64,000 bases of DNA from Candidatus Latescibacterota bacterium (lineage in GTDB: Bacteria > Latescibacterota > UBA2968 > GCA-2709665), in contig OZ242180.1 of the NCBI GenBank assembly GCA_965205485.1, forward strand, positions 3,232,001-3,296,000, read 5' to 3'. Under the pieces are notes generated by a model. That model saw only the letters and a program-made list of their open reading frames with translations, was not told the DNA's origin and ran no database searches. Position 1 is the stretch's first letter. Each line of letters starts with the position of its first letter. The position numbers and the translations under genes are program-made. This document shows, piece by piece, positions 17,807-25,398 of this stretch.

Positions 17807-19891
17807 TCAGGAACCCCGGCCAAAGCTTTTTCGCAAGATGGACCAATCGGAATACCCGATATCCCCGTCGTTGTCCAGATCAAAGCGGGAGTCATATCCG
17901 GCATCTCCCCAGCTCAGCCCGAACTTCGCGACGAATTGCAGAAAGTCGGTAAAGCCCACGGTTCCATCGCCATCGAAATCGGCAGCAAGGGGTTGCAGCG
18001 TGGCACGTGACGAGACATCCCACAGCAGAATTGTACAGTCGTAACTGCCACTTGCCAACGTTGTCCCATCCGGCGAGAACATCACCGAATTGATCGGGTC
18101 GGTATGTCCGGTGAGGGTGCGTATATCCCGCCCCGTGGCGACGTCCCACAACCACACGACCTTGAACGGACTGCTGGTTGCCAGTGTGGTCCCATCGGGC
18201 GAAAACGCCACCGACCGGAAATTGTCGCCACTGGTGAAGGCGCGTAGTTGTTCGCCCGTGGCCGCGCTCCACAACCGAACCGTACCATCGCCATCGGCGC
18301 TTGCAAGCGTCGCTCCATCATAGGAAAACGCCAACGCAAAGATCCATCGTGAATGTCCTGCAAGGGTATTTCTCTCCAGCCCTGTGGCCACGTCCCACAA
18401 CCGCACCGTGCCGTCTCTACTGGAACTTGCCAGCGTTCTGCCATCGGGCGAAAACGCCACCGAATAGACAACGTCGGAATGTCCTGTGAGCGTACTTTTC
18501 TCCCCCCCTTCAGCTGCATCCCACAAACGCACCGTACCCTCGTTGTCAGCGCTTGCAATCGTCTTCCCATCTGGCGAAAACGCTACGGATACGACCCGAC
18601 CGGCATGTCCTGTGAGAGTGCTTGTCTCCTGCCCCGTGGCCGCGTCCCACACCCGCACCGTCCTGTCGTAACTGCCGCTGGCCAGCGTCGTCCCATCCGG
18701 CGAGAACACCACCGACCTGACCGAACTGGTATGTCCTGTGAGGGTACTTTTCTCGATTCCCGTGGCCATGTCCCACACCCGCACCGTCCTGTCCCAGCTG
18801 CCGCTTGCCAGAGTACTTCCATCAGGCGAGAACACCACCGAATGTACTTCGCGGCTATGCCCTGTGATGGTGAGGGAGATGGTGCTTGTTTCGTGTCCCG
18901 TTTCCACGTACCACTGTCGCACCGTATTGTCCCAACCGGCGCTTGCCAGCGTCAGACCGTCCGGAGAAAAGACAACCGAACGGACCCCACGGGTATGTCC
19001 TGTGAGCGTGCCTATCTCCTGCCCGGTGGCCGTATCCCACAACCGCGCCACATTGTCCCAACCGCCGCTTGCCAGAGTCGTTCCATCCGGAGAATAAACC
19101 ACCGAATTCACCACATGGGTATGTCCTTCCAAGGTGAGTCGTTCCTGTCCCGTTTCCACGTCCCACAACCGCACGGTACTGTCCCGACCGGCGCTTGCCA
19201 GAGTCGTTCCAACCGGCGAAAACGCTACCGAAGTGGGTCTATTCGTATGTCCAATGAGCGTGTGTTTTTCCTGTCCTGTGTTAACGTCCCACACCCGCAC
19301 CGTCGTGTCACGATTGGCGCTTGCAAGCGTCGCTCCATCGGGCGAAAACGCCACCGACACGATCCAGGGGTTACTATACTCATCCGTGTACTTTTCGTTG
19401 ATGAGCCTGTGTTGTTCCTGCCCGGTTTCCACGTCCCACACTCGCACCGTGCCGTCGCGACTGCCGCTTGCCAGGGTCGTCCCATCCGGCGAGAATGCCA
19501 CGGCCTCGACGTCGTACTTATGTCCTGTGAGGATGCTTTTCTCCTGTCCGGTGGCCACGTCCCACAACCGCACCGTATGGTCCCGGCTGCCGCTTGCCAG
19601 TGTCAGACCATCGGGTGAAAACGCAACCGCATTGACTCTGAACGAATGTCCGGCGATCAGGGTAATTTCCTCTCCGGTGCGGGCATCGTAGAGCCAGATG
19701 CCGACGCTGCCACCCACGGCCAGGAGCGTGCGGTCCGGTGACCACGCCATGTGGCGTACATTTCCTTTGCCCAGACGCATGCGGGCGCCTTCGGGCAGAC
19801 TCCAGCGATTGTAGTCTTGTGCGGGGATTTCATGCGAAAACAAGACGGTCGCAAATACAAGCGTGAGGCTCAAAATTGTAGATCTTTTCAT
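17807..19891 (-). CDS. secreted WD40-repeat protein W5 (14 blades) with dockerin/EF-hand-like tail
   Basis: Start ATG 19891 (MKRSTILSLTLVF..IPA|Q), preceded by AGGGAGGACATTCAG. Confidence 0.9.
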   Translation of the reverse strand: MKRSTILSLTLVFATVLFSHEIPAQDYNRWSLPEGARMRLGKGNVRHMAWSPDRTLLAVGGSVGIWLYDARTGEEITLIAGHSFRVNAVAFSPDGLTLASGSRDHTVRLWDVATGQEKSILTGHKYDVEAVAFSPDGTTLASGSRDGTVRVWDVETGQEQHRLINEKYTDEYSNPWIVSVAFSPDGATLASANRDTTVRVWDVNTGQEKHTLIGHTNRPTSVAFSPVGTTLASAGRDSTVRLWDVETGQERLTLEGHTHVVNSVVYSPDGTTLASGGWDNVARLWDTATGQEIGTLTGHTRGVRSVVFSPDGLTLASAGWDNTVRQWYVETGHETSTISLTITGHSREVHSVVFSPDGSTLASGSWDRTVRVWDMATGIEKSTLTGHTSSVRSVVFSPDGTTLASGSYDRTVRVWDAATGQETSTLTGHAGRVVSVAFSPDGKTIASADNEGTVRLWDAAEGGEKSTLTGHSDVVYSVAFSPDGRTLASSSRDGTVRLWDVATGLERNTLAGHSRWIFALAFSYDGATLASADGDGTVRLWSAATGEQLRAFTSGDNFRSVAFSPDGTTLATSSPFKVVWLWDVATGRDIRTLTGHTDPINSVMFSPDGTTLASGSYDCTILLWDVSSRATLQPLAADFDGDGTVGFTDFLQFVAKFGLSWGDAGYDSRFDLDNDGDIGYSDWSILRKSFGRGS

Positions 19892-20025
19892 CTGAATGTC
19901 CTCCCTGACTATGCTTAGACCACATGAAGAGACAGCAATTGATGTGACTTTAGTGATGGCCTGGCGCAAGATGATGATTCACGGAGAGGCCTGGCGCGCC
20001 CGCTTGCCGATACCGTTTGTCCGCT

Positions 20026-22119
20026 TCAGGTACCCCGCCTGAAACTACGTCTGAAGATCGTCCAGTCGCCGTACGAGACGGTACCGTCGCCGTCCAGATC
20101 GAAGCGCGCGTCATATCCGGCGTCTCCCAAGCTCAGCCCGTACTTCGCGACGAATTGCAGGTAGTCGGAAAAACCCACGGCCCCGTCGCCGTCGAAGTCG
20201 GCGGCAAGGGGCTGCAGCGCGGCACGGGAAGAGACGTCCCACATCAGAATCGTACCGTCGTAACTGCCGCTAGCCAGCCTCGTACCATCCGGAGAAAACA
20301 CCACCGACCTGATCAGACTGGTATGTCCCGTGAAGATTCGTATATCCTGCCCGGTGGCCACGTCCCACAACCACACGGGCCCAAACAGACTGCCGGTCGT
20401 GAGCGTTGCCCCGTCGGGCGAAAACGCCACAGACAAGAAACTCTCCTTATATGCAGTGTGGGTGCGAATAAGCTGTCCTGTGGCTACGTCCCACATCCTC
20501 ATCGTACCATCGCCATCTGGGCCTGCGAGCGTCGTCCCATCAGGTGAAAACGCCAGCGAATAGATCCAGCGGGAATGTCCTGCGAGCGTGGTTTTCTCGT
20601 GCCCCGTGGCCGGGTCCCACAATCGTACCGTCGCATCCAGACTGCTGCTTGCCAGCGTTCTGCCATCCGGCGAAAACGCCACGGAATAGACCATTGCCGC
20701 GTGTTCTCTCAGGACGTGTTTTTCCTGTCCGGTGGCCACGTCCCACAACCGCACGGTATTGTCACTGCCGGCGCTTGCCAGCGTCAGTCCATCGGGCGAG
20801 AATGCCACCGATCCGACCCGACTGGTATGTCCTTTGAGCGTGGTTTTTTCGTGCCCTGTGGCCACGTCCCACAACCGCACCGTCCAGTCGTAACTGCCGC
20901 TTGCCAGCGTTCTGCCATCCGGCGAATACGCCACCGCCCTGACCAGACTGTTATGTCCTTCAATGACGCGTCTCTCCTGGCCTGCGGCCGCGTCCCACAG
21001 CCGCACCGTCCAGTCCCAACTACCGCCCGCCAGTCGACTCCCGTCCGGCGAAAACGCCACCGAATGTAATTGTCGGGTATGCCCTGGGAGGGTGACCGTG
21101 AGGGTGCTTCGTTTCTGCCCCGTATCCACGTCCCACACCCGCACCGTATTGTCCCAATCGACGGTGGACAGCGTTCTGCCATCCGGCGAAAACGCCGCCG
21201 ACCTGACATACCTCGTATGTCCCGTCAGGGCGTGTCTTCCCTGCCCGGTGGCCACGTCCCACAATCGCAACATTGCGTCCCGATAGCCACCACCGATTGC
21301 CAGGGTCGATCCGTCCGGCGAAAACACCACGGAAGAGACGGTAGACCCATGACCAGTGAGCGTGCTTTTTTCCTTGCCGGTGGCCGCGTCCCACATCCGC
21401 ACCGTAGAGCCGCTTGCGGCGCTTGCCAGCGTCAGACCGTCAGGCGAAAACGCGACCGACCGGACTCTTCCGATGAACGACCAGAATTCTCCGACAGTTC
21501 CAGTAAGCGCGTGTTGCTCCTGTCCGGTGGCCATGTCCCACACCCGCACCGTAGAGTCACTTCCCGCGCTTGCCAGCGTCCGTCCATCGGGTGAAAACAC
21601 GACTGTCCAAACCTTTCCGGCATGTCCTGTGAGCGTGTGTTGTTCCTGACCGGCGGCCACGTCCCATACCCGCACGGTAGAGTCGCTGCCGGCGCTTGCC
21701 AACATCGTCCCGTCCAGTGAGAACGCCACCGCCTCGACGTCGCCGGTATGTCCCGTGAGGATGCTTTTTTGCTGTCCCGTGGCCACGTCCCACAACCGCA
21801 CCGTATGGTCCCGGCTGCCGCTCGCCAGCGTCACACCGTCGGGCGAAATCGCAATGCCGTTTACTCTGTGAGAGTGTCCCGTGATCAGCGAGATTTCCTC
21901 GCCGGTCCCGGAATCGTAGAGCCAGATGCCGACACTGCCACCCACCGCCAGGCGCGTTCTGTCCGGCGACCAGACCACGTCGCGCACGTCTCCTTTGCCC
22001 AGGCGCATCAGCGCCCCGTCGGGGAGATTCCAGCGATTGTAATCCTGAGCGCGGGCGGCTTGTGCGAACAAGGCAGCCGCCAGGAGAATAACAGTGCTCA
22101 CTATCGATGTCCTGTTCAT
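20026..22119 (-). CDS. secreted WD40-repeat protein W6 (14 blades), first gene of the array in transcription order
   Basis: Start ATG 22119 (MNRTSIVSTVILL..ARA|Q), preceded by GAGGAGGGCATTCAG. Confidence 0.9.
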   Translation of the reverse strand: MNRTSIVSTVILLAAALFAQAARAQDYNRWNLPDGALMRLGKGDVRDVVWSPDRTRLAVGGSVGIWLYDSGTGEEISLITGHSHRVNGIAISPDGVTLASGSRDHTVRLWDVATGQQKSILTGHTGDVEAVAFSLDGTMLASAGSDSTVRVWDVAAGQEQHTLTGHAGKVWTVVFSPDGRTLASAGSDSTVRVWDMATGQEQHALTGTVGEFWSFIGRVRSVAFSPDGLTLASAASGSTVRMWDAATGKEKSTLTGHGSTVSSVVFSPDGSTLAIGGGYRDAMLRLWDVATGQGRHALTGHTRYVRSAAFSPDGRTLSTVDWDNTVRVWDVDTGQKRSTLTVTLPGHTRQLHSVAFSPDGSRLAGGSWDWTVRLWDAAAGQERRVIEGHNSLVRAVAYSPDGRTLASGSYDWTVRLWDVATGHEKTTLKGHTSRVGSVAFSPDGLTLASAGSDNTVRLWDVATGQEKHVLREHAAMVYSVAFSPDGRTLASSSLDATVRLWDPATGHEKTTLAGHSRWIYSLAFSPDGTTLAGPDGDGTMRMWDVATGQLIRTHTAYKESFLSVAFSPDGATLTTGSLFGPVWLWDVATGQDIRIFTGHTSLIRSVVFSPDGTRLASGSYDGTILMWDVSSRAALQPLAADFDGDGAVGFSDYLQFVAKYGLSLGDAGYDARFDLDGDGTVSYGDWTIFRRSFRRGT

Positions 22120-22172
22120 CTGAATGCCCTCCTCGACCACGAATGATTGTGACTAAACGGATTGACATTGAT

Positions 22173-22882
22173 CGAACCGCACGGCCCGCCGCACTGCCAT
22201 ACCCAGGGCTGTTGTTCTCGCGGGTACCGGCATCAGTCGTCGGAATCGACCGCAAGGCGCGCCGCTCGGCCGCACCGGGACCGTGATACCCGTGATTATG
22301 GTTAATTACCGGGAAATTGAAGCGGAAGACACGTCGCCGAACCGTAGCCCGTACGGTGGTTACCGGTGATTGACCGGCACAACGGCGCAGGGCGCGCCGC
22401 TCGACCGCACGCATGCAGCGATTCAAGAGAGCAGGGCAAAAAACCGTGAGGAAGGGGCAGGAACTGGCCGCCCGGCCACACCCGGGACCTGGATTCACGC
22501 AATCGCGAGGGAAAGACTGTGCTGAACGCGCAGGCGCGCCATTCAGTCACCTACCGCACCGTGAATCAAGCTTTTAAGCGGCACACAGCCGTGACGAAGG
22601 CACAGGACGTGCCAACCGGCCATACCAGGGAACAGCCATTCGCGTGGTTGCGGGGTCTACCAGTGGTGAAGGCGCAAGGCGCGCCACTCAGCCACGCCCG
22701 GGACTGCGATCAATTGTGGTTACGGCGATTGACCGTGACAGGTACACTACCACCGCCATCCGGTCACAACCCGGACGGTGATTCGCGCGAGAACCGTGCC
22801 TTACCGTGACTAAGACGCATGGGGTGTACAAAGCTACACCACGGTTGGCGATTCACGCAATTTACGGGCGATCGATTGAGAT
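22173..22882. repeat. degenerate ~72-bp tandem repeat, ~10 units
   Basis: Unit starts at about 22173, 22246, 22318, 22381, 22451, 22524, 22596, 22668, 22740 and 22811; consensus roughly CCGTGAC-GAAGGCGCAAGGCGCGCCRCTCRGCCACACCCGGGAC. Confidence 0.7.
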
Positions 22883-23067
22883 TAAACAGTATGAAGAGAC
22901 TGTGCCTGGTGGGAATTCAGGATTGAACCGGAGGGCGTGAAAGCGACAGGTAGAGACCTGTTATATGATTCGGCCCCGTCATTCGATGACTCACACAGCG
23001 CAACGTGTCATTTCAGGTGTTGCCCCGAGCCACAGTTTCTCACGTAAATGTACTTCGGCAAAACGCT

Positions 23068-23280
23068 TAGCGACGTGGATCCAAATATCACCCCCCCCTT
23101 TTTTTCTGCGGGCAGGACGGTAACCGGCATTAGCGATCTGTGCAGCCGATCATCGCCTGCAAGAAGACGTGCAGCAGCAGTAAGCTAGACGATGTTGGTT
23201 CGACTATCACCTCCTTCATTCTTTGCGCTCAGGTCAGGGAATGGCGGTCAATCGCAAATTACGCCGATCATCGCCTGCGG
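23068..23280. repeat. diverged ~118-bp tandem duplication
   Basis: GCCGATCATCGCCTGC exact at 23145 and 23263; TATCACC at 23086 and 23205. Confidence 0.7.
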
Positions 23281-23368
23281 GGCTATACCGGATTTGAAAT
23301 TCCCTCGACCTCCGGTCGGCGTTGGCTCCATTTACGGAAGACGTATGCTAATACGCAACTTTAGTTGT

Positions 23369-23397
23369 AGTTTAATCCATGGCTCACGTAATGTCAA
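23369..23397 (-). promoter_or_regulatory. sigma70-like promoter pointing into the repeat leader and WD40 array
   Basis: Minus strand TTGACA-17 nt-TAAACT, followed by the palindrome CAACT-AA-AGTTG (23356-23367). Confidence 0.55.
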
Positions 23398-23450
23398 CCG
23401 TTAAATCGATGCGTAGCGTATCCGGCTCTTCAGTCGCTATTTCCCAGTCG

Positions 23451-24359
23451 TTACGTACCGGATCCCCCACCCGTCAGGTCGGCGTGAGCGAAGTGCCAGT
23501 CTTCAATGTGGTTCAGGACGACGGCGGAGGTGAGTGTGCCGTCGTTTTCCAGGCCAAGTGTATTGTGAATATCCACGATCTTCTCATTTGAGTGGATCCG
23601 GTTTCGCACAAACGCGTTCCAAGCGTTCACGGCGCCCGCGTCAATACTCCCGTTGTTCCGCTCGAGAATCCACGCTTCGAAGTCGAGATAGGACGGTGCG
23701 TTGTCCCGGATGAAACCCACGGCGTCGTGCGGCTCGACGTTCACGGCGCGCAGAGCGCGGGGGTCCAGGCCGTCTTCGGTCATGTCCGGATAGTCGGGAT
23801 GCAGCAGGTTCCGCGATCTGAGGAGAATCTTCAGCCACGTTCGAGGGAGCTGGCAGACGTTGAGAGGGCCGTAGTCCAGGCTGGAGATGAGGGGCACCAC
23901 GCGACCGTCCAGGGCGGAAAATTCACTATTCAGGTCGCGTTTGTAGAAAAGCGACCAGTCCTGGAGGCCGTTGAGGACCACGGCAGACGTGATCGCGCCG
24001 TCATTGGGAATGCCGATGTCCCCCGTGGTTTCCTCAAGCTTGTCGGGCCGTGTGTGAATCCGGGTGCGTACGGATTCGTTCCAGCCGTCGATCGCCTTTC
24101 GGTCGAGCGTTCCGTCGTTCTGCCGGAGGACCCAGGCTTCGAACTGCAGGTAGCCGGGCATGTTCTCACGCAGATAGGACAGGGTGTTCGCCCTGTCCAG
24201 ATTCAACACTTCGAGGACGGATTTGTCGAGGCCTTCGCTGACATCGGGGTATTCTTCGTCGAGGATGCCGGCGTTCCGGAGCAGGACCTTCCACCAGGTC
24301 CGCGGGAGCTGACAGACTTCAAGCGGACCGTAGCACAGGCTGCTGAGCAGGGGGATCAT
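23451..24359 (-). CDS. tandem DUF5069-like domain protein
   Basis: Two internal repeats PL(L/I)SSL.YGPL.VCQLPRTW.K.LLR...YPD...FEAW; ATG 24359 with AAGGAGGA RBS; family name from recall. Confidence 0.7.
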   Translation of the reverse strand: MIPLLSSLCYGPLEVCQLPRTWWKVLLRNAGILDEEYPDVSEGLDKSVLEVLNLDRANTLSYLRENMPGYLQFEAWVLRQNDGTLDRKAIDGWNESVRTRIHTRPDKLEETTGDIGIPNDGAITSAVVLNGLQDWSLFYKRDLNSEFSALDGRVVPLISSLDYGPLNVCQLPRTWLKILLRSRNLLHPDYPDMTEDGLDPRALRAVNVEPHDAVGFIRDNAPSYLDFEAWILERNNGSIDAGAVNAWNAFVRNRIHSNEKIVDIHNTLGLENDGTLTSAVVLNHIEDWHFAHADLTGGGSGT

Positions 24360-24447
24360 GGGTGTGTCCTCCTTGATTAGGGTCCATAGGCGCAGCAAAG
24401 AGCTTCGGAAGAGGATATCGCCTGCGTCGGGCGCAGTCAATCACCAT

Positions 24448-25338
24448 TCAGACTGCAATCTCCATCATACCCAGCGCCGTCGCTTTCCGGATGACAAAGG
24501 CGCTCTCCTCGCTGGTGAGCGGACGCTGCGGCGGACGGGGATCCCCGCAGTCGATGCCGAGCTTCTCGGATATCAGGGCCTTCATGGACGCGATGTATCC
24601 GGCGCGGTTGAAGATCGTATAGAGTTCGGCCGCCCGATCCTGTTCGGCCTCGGCGGTCTTGATATCGCCGCTGTGGTACGCCGTCCAGATATTGACCCAC
24701 ACATCCGGAGACAGCGCAAGGGGGCCGTCAACGCAGCCTGATGCGCCGATGGTGAGCGCGGGAAGGAGCAGCGCGGCGCTGCCGATCAGGCACGACAGGT
24801 CCATCCTCGCGAAATGGCGCGTGTTTACGAATGCCGGAGCGGAATGTTTGAGGCCGGCGAGTTGCGGTACATGCTCCCTGATCTTCTCAGCCAGTTCGAG
24901 GGTGATCTCCACGCCCGTGGCGCCCGGAAGGTTGTAGAGGAAGAGCGGAAGGTCCGCTGCCTCGCCCACCACCCTGTAGTGTTCGACGATTTCGTCGGGT
25001 CCGGGCCGGTAGAAGAACGGAGGCACGGCGCAGATGGCGTCAACCCGTGCCTTTGCGGCGTTTTCGGCCATCCCGGCGGCGCGCTTCGTGGTGGGCGCGC
25101 CCACGTGCATGATGACTTTCGCGCGGCCCGTGGCCTGGTCGGCGGCGGCTTCGGCAATGCGGGCGTTTTCCTCGTCATCCAGCAGGACGCTTTCACCCGC
25201 GCCGCCGGCAACCCAGAAACCGTGGGCGCCCGATTTTACGTTGTATTCCACGAGCCGGCGGAAGGCATCTTCGTTGAAGCCGCCTTCTCGCGTCATCGGC
25301 GTGATCAGAGCGGGGTAGATGCCGCGGAATGCGTTCAT
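24448..25338 (-). CDS. DHDPS/N-acetylneuraminate lyase-family aldolase
   Basis: GIYPALITP, G..GE, YNLPGATG, Schiff-base GLKHS. Confidence 0.88.
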   Translation of the reverse strand: MNAFRGIYPALITPMTREGGFNEDAFRRLVEYNVKSGAHGFWVAGGAGESVLLDDEENARIAEAAADQATGRAKVIMHVGAPTTKRAAGMAENAAKARVDAICAVPPFFYRPGPDEIVEHYRVVGEAADLPLFLYNLPGATGVEITLELAEKIREHVPQLAGLKHSAPAFVNTRHFARMDLSCLIGSAALLLPALTIGASGCVDGPLALSPDVWVNIWTAYHSGDIKTAEAEQDRAAELYTIFNRAGYIASMKALISEKLGIDCGDPRPPQRPLTSEESAFVIRKATALGMMEIAV

Positions 25339-25398
25339 TTGACGTCTCTTCGTTAAAATGTGGAGAACCGGACTTCCTTCGCGCGCCGCCGATCGAAC

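Noticed and set aside
8567..22119. Diversity-generating retroelement acting on the WD40 genes
   Set aside because: No reverse transcriptase and no template/variable repeat pair differing only at adenines was seen.
22519..22809. 96-aa + strand ORF with 24-aa periodicity
   Set aside because: No RBS, and neighbouring repeat units break the frame; not supportable as a gene.
22173..22882. CRISPR array call for the 72-bp repeats
   Set aside because: Repeats are too degenerate, the variable halves resemble one another, and no cas genes are in the window. Kept as an unexplained repeat.
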